Shown: positions 35,946 to 46,448, counted from the first letter of the stretch. The stretch: DNA of 64,000 nucleotides from Eggerthellaceae bacterium (GCA_017511465.1 JAFWJU010000054.1:620-64619); one strand, 5' to 3'. A program made the numbers and translations. Notes: a model not told the origin generated them from the sequence alone.

Positions 35946-37850
35946 TTACTTCCTGAATTTGTAGAAAACAGCGGAGAGCGGTGGCAAGATGAGCCTCGCG
36001 CTCTTCGGTTGGTCTGCAAACGGCTCGTCGAGTGTTTTCGCGGTTGCGACGACTTTGGTCCCCGTGCCGCCGAACTTCTCGTCGTCGCTGTTAAGGGCGA
36101 TGCTAAGGGATCCTTCGCACGGGAGCCCGACGGTGAATCCGTCGAGCGTGTTCGGTGTGAAGTTATAGCAGCATAGAATGTCCGGCGTGTCGTCATTGGC
36201 ATAGCGCATGAACGCGATTGCACATTCGTCTCGGTTGTCGACGTTGGCCCATCCGAAACCCGCCCAACTGTCGTCGATCTTCCACAGTGCGCTGTTCGAG
36301 CGATAGAGCTCGTTCAAGGCGGCGCTGTAGGCGCGCATGCTGTCATGGATGGGGTATTTGAGCAGGAACCAGTCGAGCTCTTTCTTGAAATCCCATTCGA
36401 TGAACTGGCCGAACTCGGACCCCATGAACGTGAGTTTCTTGCCTGGGCGTCCGAACTGGTACCCCATCAGCGTGCGCAGCTCCGAGAACTTCTCCTCGTA
36501 TTCACCGAACATCTTGTTGACCATGGACGCTTTGCCATGGACCACCTCATCGTGGCTGAAGGCGAGGACGTAGTTTTCGGAGAAGGCGTACATCATGCCG
36601 AACGTCAGCTTGTCATGGCTTCCCCTTCGGAACAGCGGGTCGAGCGCGAAGTACTCGAGCATGTCGTGCATGAAGCCCATGTCCCATTTGAAGGTGAAGC
36701 CCAGGCCGCCATCGTATGGCGGGCACGTGACAAGCGGGAATGCCGTGGATTCCTCTGCCACGGTTATGGCACCGGGATACTCGGAAAGCACGGCGGAATT
36801 CAGTTTCTGCAAGAAGGCGACGGCTTCCTTGTTGATATTGCCGCCCTCGTCGTTTGGCACCCAATCGGTGCGCGCGTAGTCGAGGTACAGCATCGACGAC
36901 ACGGCGTCGACGCGGATGCCGTCGATGTGGTACACATCGAAGAAGAAGATAGCCGATGACATGAGGAAGCTCTGCACTTGCGGCTTGGTGTAATCGAACA
37001 CGAGCGTGCCCCATTCGGCATGCTCGCCCTTGCGCGGGTCGGTGTACTCGTACAGGGGCGTTCCGTCGAACTTCGCAAGCGCGAACGCGTCCTTCGGGAA
37101 ATGCGCGGGCACCCAGTCAAGGATGACGCCAATGCCTGCTTCGTGCAGCGTGTTAACGAGGTACATGAAGTCCTGCGGCGTCCCGTAACGCGACGTTGGC
37201 GAGAAATACCCCGTGGCTTGATAGCCCCACGATTCGGGCAACGGGTATTCCGTCACGGGTAAGAGCTCGACATGCGTGTAGCCCATCTCGGTGCAGTACG
37301 CGGCAAGCTCGTCGCCGATGACGCGGTAATTCGGATACACTTCGCCTTCGGGTACGCGCCACGACCCCAGCTGCAGTTCGTATATCGAGATAGGCGCATG
37401 TATGGCATCCGTGTTTGCGCGCTTTTCAAGCCACGCGGTATCGTTCCATTCGAAGCCGCCGAGCCGCCAAACCTTCGATGCCGTGGCAAGGCCGTTTTCT
37501 GCGTGGAACGCATAGGGGTCGGCTTTCAGCTGCACCGAGCCGTCGGGGCCTTCGATGGCGTATTTGTACGTGGAGCCATCCTCGAGCCCTTCGATGACAG
37601 CCGTCCAGATACCGTCTTGCACGTGTTGCATGGGATTGGCGTATTCGTCCCAGCTGTTGAAGTCGCCGACAATATGAACCGCCTTTGCATGAGGTGCCCA
37701 TACGGTGAATTGGAACTTCGAAGGCTCGTCGTTGTCGGAAGCGAGTTCATGGCATCCGAAGACAAGATATGCTCGGCGCGCTTCTCCCCTTCCGAACAGG
37801 TACAAGTCGGCTTCGGGGAGTTCTGATGTTTTGCGAATCGATTCGCTCAT
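35946..37850 (-). CDS. glgB: 1,4-alpha-glucan branching enzyme
   Basis: GH13 regions are present ([39 protein letters not shown]). The length is about 630 aa. Confidence 0.9.
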   Translation of the reverse strand: MSESIRKTSELPEADLYLFGRGEARRAYLVFGCHELASDNDEPSKFQFTVWAPHAKAVHIVGDFNSWDEYANPMQHVQDGIWTAVIEGLEDGSTYKYAIEGPDGSVQLKADPYAFHAENGLATASKVWRLGGFEWNDTAWLEKRANTDAIHAPISIYELQLGSWRVPEGEVYPNYRVIGDELAAYCTEMGYTHVELLPVTEYPLPESWGYQATGYFSPTSRYGTPQDFMYLVNTLHEAGIGVILDWVPAHFPKDAFALAKFDGTPLYEYTDPRKGEHAEWGTLVFDYTKPQVQSFLMSSAIFFFDVYHIDGIRVDAVSSMLYLDYARTDWVPNDEGGNINKEAVAFLQKLNSAVLSEYPGAITVAEESTAFPLVTCPPYDGGLGFTFKWDMGFMHDMLEYFALDPLFRRGSHDKLTFGMMYAFSENYVLAFSHDEVVHGKASMVNKMFGEYEEKFSELRTLMGYQFGRPGKKLTFMGSEFGQFIEWDFKKELDWFLLKYPIHDSMRAYSAALNELYRSNSALWKIDDSWAGFGWANVDNRDECAIAFMRYANDDTPDILCCYNFTPNTLDGFTVGLPCEGSLSIALNSDDEKFGGTGTKVVATAKTLDEPFADQPKSARLILPPLSAVFYKFRK

Positions 37851-37944
37851 GGAATCAGTATACTTCACGCCAATCCCCTTCCCCTCATAACGCAAGGTTG
37901 ATTGCAGGTTGCATCTGCACGTCTCGCCGTCCTCAGAAGCCATT

Positions 37945-39159
37945 CTAATGCAGTTGGCTTACCAAGTTATCTGTCTCGCGCGCGATGCGCATCTCCTCGT
38001 CGGTGGTTACAACGCAAATGCGAATGGGACTGTCATCAATGGATATGATGCGGTTGGCGCCAATCTGGCCCGTGAAGTCGTTGCGCTCTTTGTCGAGGAT
38101 CATGCCCATGTGAGCCAGTCCTGCGAAAATGCGTTCACGGAGCTTGGCAGAATTCTCGCCGATTCCGGCCGTCATGACCACGGCGTCGGTACGGGTCATG
38201 GCGGCGTAATAGCTGCCGATGGCCTTTTGTATCTTGTACACGTACATGTCGATGGCAAGCTCCGCCCGCTCGTTGCCCGAATCTGCTGCCTCGAGCACGT
38301 CGCGCATGTCGCCTCCAACACCCGAAATGCCCGCAATGCCGGATTCGCGGTTGAGGATCTCGTCCATTTCGTCGAAGGTCTTGCCCTCCTCGCGCATGAT
38401 GTACGTGACGATTGCGGGATCGATGCTGCCCGAGCGCGTGCCCATCATGAGGCCCTCGAGAGGGGTGAAACCCATGGTCGTGTCGATGGATTTGCCGTGA
38501 TTGACGGCCGTAATCGAACCGCCGTTACCCAAGTGGCACGTGATGAGGCCCAAATCGCGCAACGGCCTGCCAAGAAGGTTTGCCGCCTGCTGAGCTGCAT
38601 AGCGGTGGCTCGTGCCATGAGCACCGTAACGGCGAATGTGGAAGTCCTCGTAGTAGCGCCATGGAAGCGGGTACATGTAGGCTTTAGGCGGCATGGTGGT
38701 GTGAAATGCCGTATCGAATACCGCGACTTGCGGCGTTTCCGGCATGATCTTGTGCATCATGTCGATGCATGCATCAGCTGCCGGATTGTGCAACGGCGCG
38801 AGGGCTTCGCATTTATCAAGGTTGGCCCGCGCTTCGTCGTCGATGAGCGTTGCCTTGGTGAAGTACTCGCCGCCCGCCACGATGCGGTTGCCAATGGCGT
38901 CGATTTGCCCGAGCCCGCTGATAGGCGATTCGGGATCGTCTGACATGACGTCGAGCAGCTTGGCAAGGCATTGCGCGACCGTAAGCCCGGCAGCGTTGTA
39001 CGTTACTTTTTGGAAATCGGGGGCGAATGAAACGTTCATGTACGCGTCGTCGGTCCCCACCTTCTCGGCAAGGCATTTCATACGGCAAACCTTGCCTTCG
39101 GTTTCGATGAGCTGAGATTTCAGGGAAGAGCTTCCCGCATTTACGACGAGTACGAGCAT
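37945..39159 (-). CDS. ackA: acetate kinase
   Basis: The N-terminus is MLVLVVNAGSSSLKSQL, and ...RRYGAHGTSH and ITCHLGNGGS are also present. Confidence 0.9.
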   Translation of the reverse strand: MLVLVVNAGSSSLKSQLIETEGKVCRMKCLAEKVGTDDAYMNVSFAPDFQKVTYNAAGLTVAQCLAKLLDVMSDDPESPISGLGQIDAIGNRIVAGGEYFTKATLIDDEARANLDKCEALAPLHNPAADACIDMMHKIMPETPQVAVFDTAFHTTMPPKAYMYPLPWRYYEDFHIRRYGAHGTSHRYAAQQAANLLGRPLRDLGLITCHLGNGGSITAVNHGKSIDTTMGFTPLEGLMMGTRSGSIDPAIVTYIMREEGKTFDEMDEILNRESGIAGISGVGGDMRDVLEAADSGNERAELAIDMYVYKIQKAIGSYYAAMTRTDAVVMTAGIGENSAKLRERIFAGLAHMGMILDKERNDFTGQIGANRIISIDDSPIRICVVTTDEEMRIARETDNLVSQLH

Positions 39160-39189
39160 GACGGCGTCCTTTCAATCGACACCGTCATT

Positions 39190-40017
39190 TTACAATGTTT
39201 CGTTCATGCTTCCCGTGCGATAACCCTGTAAGTCGATGGAAACATAGGCGAAACCCAGCCCTTTTAGGGTTTCCACGATACCTCGACGCATCTTCTCGGA
39301 AACTAATCGTTCTATTTCGTTTTCAGGTACTTCGATTCGCGCTGTCGAGTCCTGGAGGCGTACGCGGACACTTGGGAAGCCGAGTCCGACAAGATACGTC
39401 TCAGCGTCGTCTACGAGCTTCAGCCGCTCGTTTGTTATAAGGTCCCCGTATGCGAAGCGCGTGTTGAGGCAAGCATAGGCCGGCTTGTCCCATACGCTCA
39501 GCCCCAAATACCGTGCCAACTCGCGCACGTCGGCTTTGTTGAGACCTGCGCCCCGCAAGGGGCTCACCACATCCATTTCCCTCCCGGCCCGGAAACCCGG
39601 TCGGTAGTCGCCCTCGTCGTCGAGGTTCGATCCCTCAGCGATGATCCAAATGTCTTGAGCTGCGGCCTCGGCCTTAATGCACGAGAGGAGCTCTCGCTTG
39701 CAGTGATAGCAACGGTCGGGCGGGTTATGGTCAAATCCCTCGATGTCGAACTCATGTGTTTCGACGACGCTGTGACGGATGCCCTCCTGCTTGCAGAAAT
39801 CGCGGGCTTCCTCGATTTCGCGAGCGGGAATCGATGGGCTCTTGCCCGTAACGGCGAGCACATTGTCACCGAGCACATCATGGGCCACTTTGAGCAAAAG
39901 CGTGGAGTCAACGCCGCCTGAGAATGCGACAGCCAGGTTTCCGTATTCGCTGAGGGCTTCACATAGGATGTCGAATTTACCTGCCAGGACAGGGTCGAGC
40001 TTCTCTTGCGTGTCCAT
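39190..40017 (-). CDS. PP-loop ATP pyrophosphatase, LarE-like sulfur transferase family (TIGR00268-type)
   Basis: The PP-loop is seen as AFSGGVDST, with conserved CYHCKRELL downstream. No larB or larC lies nearby. Confidence 0.7.
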   Translation of the reverse strand: MDTQEKLDPVLAGKFDILCEALSEYGNLAVAFSGGVDSTLLLKVAHDVLGDNVLAVTGKSPSIPAREIEEARDFCKQEGIRHSVVETHEFDIEGFDHNPPDRCYHCKRELLSCIKAEAAAQDIWIIAEGSNLDDEGDYRPGFRAGREMDVVSPLRGAGLNKADVRELARYLGLSVWDKPAYACLNTRFAYGDLITNERLKLVDDAETYLVGLGFPSVRVRLQDSTARIEVPENEIERLVSEKMRRGIVETLKGLGFAYVSIDLQGYRTGSMNETL

Positions 40018-40092
40018 AATTCCTCTCTTTCATTTTTGAGTATCGTACGGCAAAATGGCTCAATGAAAGCTGACGAGTTCCAAGGAGAGTGC

Positions 40093-41010
40093 ATGACCAT
40101 CCGCATCGTTGACGAGAAAGCCGATACCTCCTTCTTTCAGGATGCATCATGTGCGTTTGGCGTCTTCGACGGTTTGCATCTAGGCCATCGCTACATCATC
40201 AACAAGGCATTTGACAATCGAGAGCCTGATTGCAATGTCATTATCTTGACATTCGACATCGATCCAGACGAGATATTCCATCCTCAGCGGTTGAAGAAGC
40301 TTATGCGAAATGACGACCGACTGCGGGCTCTCGACGAGCTCGGTGCAGACTACGTCGCATGCCTGCCGTTCGTTCCCGGTCTGTACTCGAAATCTCCCGA
40401 GCAGTTCCTTGCAGACCTATTCGGCAAAGCGACTCCCGCCACCATGCATGTTGGCGAAGATTTCAAATTCGGAGCACGGGCGGCGGGAACGGTAAAGACG
40501 CTGCATCAGTGGGGAGCCGAGTCGGGATGCACGGTTTGCGCACATGAGCTCGTCGTTTCGGATGGCGCCCCCATCACGTCCACGCGCATACGGAAAGCGC
40601 TTGAGAGATGCGATGTAGAAGAAGCCAAAACGTTGCTCGGGCGCCCGTACAGGCTTTGCGAAACGGTGCACAAGGGTCGTGGAGAAGGATCCTCATTCGG
40701 TTTTGCAACGGCGAACCTGCTTGTCAAGCCACAGGACCGTGTGCTTGGAGACGGCGTGTACGCGGCACATGCAGTGATTGACGGCGTACAGTACAAGGCC
40801 GCTGTGTCGGTCGGCGTGTCGCCGACGTTTGAATCAACGACGACCGCCAACGTCGAGGCGCATGTGCTCGACTTCGAGGGAGACCTTGTCGGCAAGGAAA
40901 TCGCGCTCGATTTCGAGGCATTCCTGCGCCCCATGATGAAGTTCGATTCAACCGAAGAGCTTGTGGCGACAGTCATGTCCAATATCGAGTGGGTACGCGA
41001 GAACCTTTAA
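40093..41010 (+). CDS. ribF: bifunctional riboflavin kinase / FMN adenylyltransferase
   Basis: GVFDGLHLGHRYII marks the FAD synthetase part. RPYRLCETVHKGRGEGSSFGFATANL marks the riboflavin kinase part. SD AAGGAGAG precedes the ATG. Confidence 0.9.
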   Translation: MTIRIVDEKADTSFFQDASCAFGVFDGLHLGHRYIINKAFDNREPDCNVIILTFDIDPDEIFHPQRLKKLMRNDDRLRALDELGADYVACLPFVPGLYSKSPEQFLADLFGKATPATMHVGEDFKFGARAAGTVKTLHQWGAESGCTVCAHELVVSDGAPITSTRIRKALERCDVEEAKTLLGRPYRLCETVHKGRGEGSSFGFATANLLVKPQDRVLGDGVYAAHAVIDGVQYKAAVSVGVSPTFESTTTANVEAHVLDFEGDLVGKEIALDFEAFLRPMMKFDSTEELVATVMSNIEWVRENL

Positions 41011-41187
41011 TCGGCCTTTTGAATAACGGCAAAGTGAAGGAATGGCAGTGCCTGCATCGTTCCTCAGGGAAGAAAAGCCATTTTTGCTATAGACAAGGCA
41101 TATAACCCGTAATGGCAATTAGCCGTCTGTCTGGCAATTTGCGTCAATGCTATGATTCTCGCAAGAACCTAGTGACGGGGGTGCGTA

Positions 41188-42396
41188 ATGATCGAGGGCA
41201 CACTTGAGGAGCAAGCCGAGTTCATCGAGGGACTTCTCGGCATCGACAAGGAACGGCATGCCGATCGCAGCATCGAGACGAATCTCGTGCACGGATACGG
41301 CGAGCGCGATGCAAGCGGAGGCGTTAGCACTCCCCTTCAGCTGAGTTCGACGTTCGCCCATCCCAGTTTCGACGGCTCGACCGGCTACATGTACAGCCGA
41401 TGCGGAAACCCCACGAGGCTCGCTCTCGAAGACGCGATTGCGTTACTCGAAGGCGGCAAGAAGGCATGGGCATTTGCGAGCGGCATGTCCGCCATCGCCA
41501 CAGTGCTCAAGTTCTTCAAAGCCGGAGACCATGTGCTCGTGTGCGATGACCTGTATGGCGGCACGTATCGTCTGTTCTCAGACATTTACACGCAATACGG
41601 CCTCGAATTCGATTATGTCGACTGCACGGACTTAGCTGTCGTCGAAGGCGCTTGCAAGCCCAATACCCGCGCCCTGTTCTTGGAGACTCCGACGAATCCT
41701 ACGATGAAAGTCGCCGACTTGGCTGAGCTCAAGGAATTCACGCGTGCCCACGACCTCATGTACATCGTGGATAACACGCTGCTTACACCACGCTTCCAGC
41801 GCCCATTCGAGTTCGGCGCCGATATCGTGATCCACAGCGGCACGAAATACTTATGCGGCCATAACGACATAACGGCCGGCTTTCTCGTCGTCCGCGACAG
41901 CAGCCTCATACAAGACCTTTTCACCATCACGATGTCCGAAGGAGCGTTGCTTGACCCCTTTGACAGCTGGTTGATGCTGCGCAGCTTGAAGACGCTCGAC
42001 GTGCGCCTTCAGAGGCAACAGGAGAATGCGATTGCGATAACGGAATTCCTCAAGCAGCACGAAAACGTCCGCGACGTCTATTACGTCGGCGATCCAGATC
42101 ATCCGTCATACGAATTGAGCCTGAAGCAGACAAGCGGGTTCGGCGCAATGATCTCATTCCGTGTCGATTCGCACGAGCGGCTAAAGAAGGTTATCGAAAG
42201 CGTGAGCGTCATTTCCTATGCCGAAAGCCTGGGAGGCGTTGAAAGCCTGATAACGTACCCGCTCATGCAGACGCACGGTGCCATGGCACCCGAACTGCGT
42301 GAGAAGCTCGGTATTGACGACTGCCTATTGCGACTATCGGTCGGCATCGAAGGCATAGACGACCTCATCGCCGATTTGCAACAGGCACTCGCTTAA
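41188..42396 (+). CDS. Cys/Met-metabolism PLP enzyme (cystathionine beta-lyase/gamma-synthase family)
   Basis: The PLP-lysine region is HSGTKYLCGHNDITAG. Family-typical YSRCGNPT and ESLGGVESL are also present. Confidence 0.85.
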   Translation: MIEGTLEEQAEFIEGLLGIDKERHADRSIETNLVHGYGERDASGGVSTPLQLSSTFAHPSFDGSTGYMYSRCGNPTRLALEDAIALLEGGKKAWAFASGMSAIATVLKFFKAGDHVLVCDDLYGGTYRLFSDIYTQYGLEFDYVDCTDLAVVEGACKPNTRALFLETPTNPTMKVADLAELKEFTRAHDLMYIVDNTLLTPRFQRPFEFGADIVIHSGTKYLCGHNDITAGFLVVRDSSLIQDLFTITMSEGALLDPFDSWLMLRSLKTLDVRLQRQQENAIAITEFLKQHENVRDVYYVGDPDHPSYELSLKQTSGFGAMISFRVDSHERLKKVIESVSVISYAESLGGVESLITYPLMQTHGAMAPELREKLGIDDCLLRLSVGIEGIDDLIADLQQALA

Positions 42397-43646
42397 CGGC
42401 AACCTGCTTCGATACGCAACGTCAGCATTGCCCCGATGTCATAGGCTCGTCCACCGGGCTCGTCATGATCGCATGTGATGTTGAAGCCGACAAGGCGGCG
42501 CTCGCCGCGTTGCGTTTCCTCGAAAATGTAGACAACGGTCATGTCTTCCGATTCGCGCACCTCGACCGTGCGGTTTTCGGTGACGTCCATGGTTCCGGCA
42601 GAAATGAACAGCGTGCCGTTGACCGCAATCGTGTTCGTCGAAATGGACCCTGGAAGCTTGCAGCTTTCCGGAACCTCGGTACCAGACAGTTCGCAGGCTA
42701 TGGCCTGTCCCGCACACGCGCCTTGTAAGGCGGCGTTTTTCCAGATGCCGACGATGCGCTTCTCGCCTGATATGAGCTCAGTGCCTTGTGCCACATCGCC
42801 AGCCGCGTAAACGTCGGGATCGCTCGTGCGCATAAACTCATCCACGACGAGCGCTCGGTCCACCTCAAGCGAGCCGGGCTCGATGAAGTCGATGTTGGAT
42901 TTCATGCCGTGCGCAACCGAGATTTCGTCGTAAACGCCCGTCTCTCCGGTTGAGAACGTGACGGCCAAACCCTCATCGGTGCGGATTACCGACTCGATCT
43001 TCTGACCGAGCTTCAGCGTGACGCCTTTGGCGCGCAAGCCTTTCTCGAATCGAATGGCCGCTTCGGGCAACGCATTGAAATCGAGCACATGAGGGTTAAT
43101 GCCGACAAGCGTGCACTCGAGATTGTGGTTGAGGCCTGCCTCGAGGGTTTTAAGCGCAACCATCGAGGCGCCGCTAACGAGAAGGCGCTTGCAAGAGGGG
43201 TTCTCGAGGGCTGTCTTCAGACGCTCGGCATCGTCCATCGAGCGAAGGACGAGCGGTTGGTAGTCGTCGTTGTCGACGCCGGGAAAGCCCCAGCACATGG
43301 GCGTGGCACCTGTGGCCACGATGCATTTGGAGTACTCGTACGTTCCATTGGCGGTGCTGATGACGTGATCGGCAGGGTCGAGTTTTGTCACGGGGCCATC
43401 CTCAACCACATCGAGATTCAATTCGGCAATTTCATCGTAGGACCACGGGAAGCATTCGTCATACGATTTCTCGCCTCCCGCATAATAAGACGTGAGGATG
43501 GGGCTATACGGCAAGGTTTCGATATTGGAGAAGACGCGAATAACGCCTTCGTAACCGGAGTTGCGAAGGGCTATCGCAGCATTGACGCCTGCAGTGCCGA
43601 AACCGACGATCGCGACAGGAGCCGAAGTGGTAGTTGCTTGTTTCAT
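42393..43646 (-). CDS. FAD/NAD(P)-dependent pyridine-nucleotide-disulfide-family oxidoreductase (no redox-active Cys seen near the N-terminus)
   Basis: The FAD site is GxGxxG, seen as VAIVGFGTAGVNAA. A second Rossmann site is LLVSGASMVALK, and GD(V/I)A is present. The N-terminal region YSPILTSYY lacks the CoADR/Nox cysteine. Confidence 0.8.
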   Translation of the reverse strand: MKQATTTSAPVAIVGFGTAGVNAAIALRNSGYEGVIRVFSNIETLPYSPILTSYYAGGEKSYDECFPWSYDEIAELNLDVVEDGPVTKLDPADHVISTANGTYEYSKCIVATGATPMCWGFPGVDNDDYQPLVLRSMDDAERLKTALENPSCKRLLVSGASMVALKTLEAGLNHNLECTLVGINPHVLDFNALPEAAIRFEKGLRAKGVTLKLGQKIESVIRTDEGLAVTFSTGETGVYDEISVAHGMKSNIDFIEPGSLEVDRALVVDEFMRTSDPDVYAAGDVAQGTELISGEKRIVGIWKNAALQGACAGQAIACELSGTEVPESCKLPGSISTNTIAVNGTLFISAGTMDVTENRTVEVRESEDMTVVYIFEETQRGERRLVGFNITCDHDEPGGRAYDIGAMLTLRIEAGCR

Positions 43647-43658
43647 AATCGGCCTCCC

Positions 43659-44876
43659 TTATGCGAACACGCTGGCGAGCCAGGCGCCGTATTCTCCATA
43701 CCACATGCCGCCGAGTTGCGCGAAGACCAAGTTCCAATCAAACTGGTTGTCGAACATGAGCTCGGTGTAGTGCTTGTTGACGACATTGCGCGGCGCGCTC
43801 ATGAGCCGGTACGCATACGTATACGTGCATGTGGGGCACATGGTGACGACGGTGGCGCCATCAGGGGCGAACGAGAGCTTGCTATCGGCTTGCTGCGCTT
43901 GGCGTTCGGGCTTGAAAGCGCTGACAGCGCCTCCCGCGCCACAGCAGCCGTGGAAGATGCTGGGGGTATCGGGATCGATTCCAAGAACGGCGCATGTTTC
44001 CCTGAGGTACGTTCCATCGCGGTCTTGACATGACTTGGAAAGGCACAGCGTGCCTTCGGGCATGGGGTGCTTCGGCGTGAAACCGCGCTTCCCGAGGTAC
44101 GAGGCAAGCGATTCGACTTCGACTTCGACGCCCTTGCGAGCAAGCGCGACTTTCATGTCGTTAGCGCATCCGGGGCATACGCACACAAGCGTCTTGGCGC
44201 CGGATTGCGCGATTTCCGCCGCGTTGTTCTCGCAGAGGGCTTCGGCTCGGTCGAAGAAACCGGCGCTCTTCAACGAAGAACCACAGCAGTGGTCGATCAT
44301 GGTCGCCTTATCGCATAGACCGTCGACGGCTTCGAAAATCTCGCGCGTGAGCTCAGGACCATATGCGGCAAGGGAACATCCGGGAAAAAACGCGACATCG
44401 CAATCGTGCTGTGCTTCGTGGTGATCGTTTTGAACGTGACGCGTCAAATCTGCGTACCCTATGCCGTGAATCGCCCGATAGGCAGTGAAAATGTCCCATT
44501 CTTGGTCGACGAGAACGCTCGACCACGCTTCGCGTTCGATGAGTCCGAGATTCTGGAAATCGATTCGCGCATGGTAGATGAGGTCGCACACATCGTTATG
44601 GGCGAAGCAGGTGTTCTTGCACGACGTGCAGAAGAAGCAGCCCCTTACGGCTTGGATGAGTTGCTGGTTTTGCGCTATGCGCGTGCGGACCTCGTCGGTG
44701 TCGTGCGCTCCCCTTTCGGCTGCAAGCATCGATTTGGCGATGTCTCCGAGCGTCATGTTGGCGGCGATAAGCGACTCGCAGGCACCAGTGCAATGGCCGC
44801 ATTCGGTGCATTGACCCGAGAATGTCCGATACGTATCAGCGCATTGGAGTAGACCCATAGGTTGTCCCTTCGACAA
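43659..44876 (-). CDS. HdrD/GlpC-like Fe-S protein (2x[4Fe-4S] plus two CCG domains)
   Basis: CTECGHCTGAC and CTSCKNTC cluster motifs are present, together with two CCG signatures (DHCCGSS and HGCCGAGG) and PGC motifs. Confidence 0.8.
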   Translation of the reverse strand: MSKGQPMGLLQCADTYRTFSGQCTECGHCTGACESLIAANMTLGDIAKSMLAAERGAHDTDEVRTRIAQNQQLIQAVRGCFFCTSCKNTCFAHNDVCDLIYHARIDFQNLGLIEREAWSSVLVDQEWDIFTAYRAIHGIGYADLTRHVQNDHHEAQHDCDVAFFPGCSLAAYGPELTREIFEAVDGLCDKATMIDHCCGSSLKSAGFFDRAEALCENNAAEIAQSGAKTLVCVCPGCANDMKVALARKGVEVEVESLASYLGKRGFTPKHPMPEGTLCLSKSCQDRDGTYLRETCAVLGIDPDTPSIFHGCCGAGGAVSAFKPERQAQQADSKLSFAPDGATVVTMCPTCTYTYAYRLMSAPRNVVNKHYTELMFDNQFDWNLVFAQLGGMWYGEYGAWLASVFA

Positions 44877-44904
44877 GTGGAATCAGGTGCGGTAATCGGA
44901 AGCG

Positions 44905-45474
44905 TTAACCCCATGTTGCGTTGGTTGCGCCCGTCCCCGTTGCTCCGGTAGCACCACCGAAGGGGTACAGGCTGCCGCTTTGAAGCGAGTCGGCAACCAT
45001 GGGATAGAGGTATACCATGGCAAGGATGTTGAGGATGAGTATGCCGATTGATATGACCATGGCGATAATCCAAGGACGCGTGAGCGCCTTCTGAACTTCA
45101 GGGTTGTTTGGCCGCGCAGCTGCAATGCGGCTGAATTTATCGCGCGCCATGAAGGCGAAGACAACTGCAAGAGCACTCAGGAGCACGCCTCCGAAAAACA
45201 ACGAGACTCCAGCGACAACTTGAGAAATGATCGTGAAACGACGTCCGGCTTGAAACTGGGGAATCTCAGCGCCTTTCAGCGTGAAAGAGGTCTTGCCGAT
45301 AATGGCCGTGGACGTGACTTGCGCTTCCTCGAATGCTTGCTCGATCGTGACCGGCTTGAAGTTGGGGTCATCGGGTCGCCAGCTCCTGGGAGGCTCGGGA
45401 GCTTCAGGAGTGTCAGAAGAAGCGTCCTCCTGGACGTCGTTCTCCTCTTCGAGGTTGTTGAAATCTTCGCTCAT
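44905..45474 (-). CDS. hypothetical membrane protein (acidic N-terminus, 3-4 TM segments, Gly/Ala/Thr tail)
   Basis: This call rests on ORF structure only. No motif was recognised. Confidence 0.5.
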   Translation of the reverse strand: MSEDFNNLEEENDVQEDASSDTPEAPEPPRSWRPDDPNFKPVTIEQAFEEAQVTSTAIIGKTSFTLKGAEIPQFQAGRRFTIISQVVAGVSLFFGGVLLSALAVVFAFMARDKFSRIAAARPNNPEVQKALTRPWIIAMVISIGILILNILAMVYLYPMVADSLQSGSLYPFGGATGATGTGATNATWG

Positions 45475-45477
45475 TGC

Positions 45478-45927
45478 TTACTGCCCTATGCCACTGCTGC
45501 CGAAACCGCCAATACCCCGATCGGTTTGGGAGAGCTCGTCGACTTCAACCAAATCGACAGGAGGCGTTTGCATGATGACGAGCTGGGCGATGCGGTCGCC
45601 GTGCTTTATCTCGAACGGGGTTTGAGAGTCGAGGTTTATCAGGATGGCCTTTATCTCGCCGCGGTAATTGCTGTCGATGAGCCCAGGCGCATTGACAATG
45701 GAAATGCCATGTTTGGCTGCCAGCCCGCTTCGTGGAAGGACGAAACCTGCATAGCCCTGGGGTATGGCCATGGCAATGCCGCAAGAAACCATCCTGCGCT
45801 CGAACGGCTTCAACACGGCGTCTTCAGCCGCACGCAAATCGAGGCCGGCATCGCCAACGTAGGCGTATGCCGGCATTTCGAGTGTGTCGTCGAATTTCTT
45901 GACGGGTACGGTTACGGCTTGGAGCAT
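45478..45927 (-). CDS. dut: dUTP diphosphatase
   Basis: Trimeric dUTPase motifs are present: AGLDLRA, PRSGLAAKHGI, GLIDSNYRGEI and GDRIAQLV, with the C-terminal motif RGIGGFGSSG. Confidence 0.9.
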   Translation of the reverse strand: MLQAVTVPVKKFDDTLEMPAYAYVGDAGLDLRAAEDAVLKPFERRMVSCGIAMAIPQGYAGFVLPRSGLAAKHGISIVNAPGLIDSNYRGEIKAILINLDSQTPFEIKHGDRIAQLVIMQTPPVDLVEVDELSQTDRGIGGFGSSGIGQ

Positions 45928-45929
45928 GG

Positions 45930-46376
45930 CTAACGGAGTTCCTCGAGAGCGGCGGCGAATTCCTCGATGTCCTTGAAATCCTTGTATACGCTGGCGAAGC
46001 GGACATAGGCCACATCATCGAGCGACTCGAGGCGCTCGAGAACCTTTGCGCCAAGGTTCTTGGACGTGATCTCGTTACGCGGTGCAGTGCGGAGTTCCGA
46101 TTCGATATCGTCGATGACGCCTGTAATCTGGTCAGGCGTGATGGGACGTTTGGCGCATGCAATCGTGATACTGCGGATGAGCTTGTTGCGATCGTACGTT
46201 TCGGAAGATCCGTCTGACTTCGTGACGAGAAGCGGACTATCGCCTAAGCGCTCGTACGTGGTGAACCGGTGCTTGCAATCGAGGCATTCGCGTCGACGGC
46301 GAATGGTCGATCCGTCATCGGATGGACGGGAGTCAACGACTTTTGATTCGGGAAAACCGCAAGACGGGCAACGCAT
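45930..46376 (-). CDS. nrdR: transcriptional repressor NrdR
   Basis: MRCPSCG...C..C forms a zinc ribbon (CLDCKHRFTTYE), followed by an ATP-cone. SD GAAGGAG precedes ATG 46376. Confidence 0.9.
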   Translation of the reverse strand: MRCPSCGFPESKVVDSRPSDDGSTIRRRRECLDCKHRFTTYERLGDSPLLVTKSDGSSETYDRNKLIRSITIACAKRPITPDQITGVIDDIESELRTAPRNEITSKNLGAKVLERLESLDDVAYVRFASVYKDFKDIEEFAAALEELR

Positions 46377-46448
46377 GGTGTGCACTCCTTCGTTTAAACT
46401 GCATTGCCCATAGAATACCACTTAGGCGTAGTTTGCAACCGTCAAATA

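Noticed and set aside
35930-36223. A 98-codon N-terminal extension of the glgC ORF, overlapping the glgB 3' end.
   Set aside because: The extension is S/R/T-rich with no similarity to GlgC. The internal ATG at 35929 has a strong SD (GGAGGGGGAG) and gives the canonical [19 protein letters not shown] N-terminus.
41011-41187. A possible SAM or T-box riboswitch leader upstream of the Cys/Met PLP enzyme gene.
   Set aside because: I could not find the conserved SAM-I/SAM-IV core or a T-box sequence by eye. This needs an Infernal scan before any claim.
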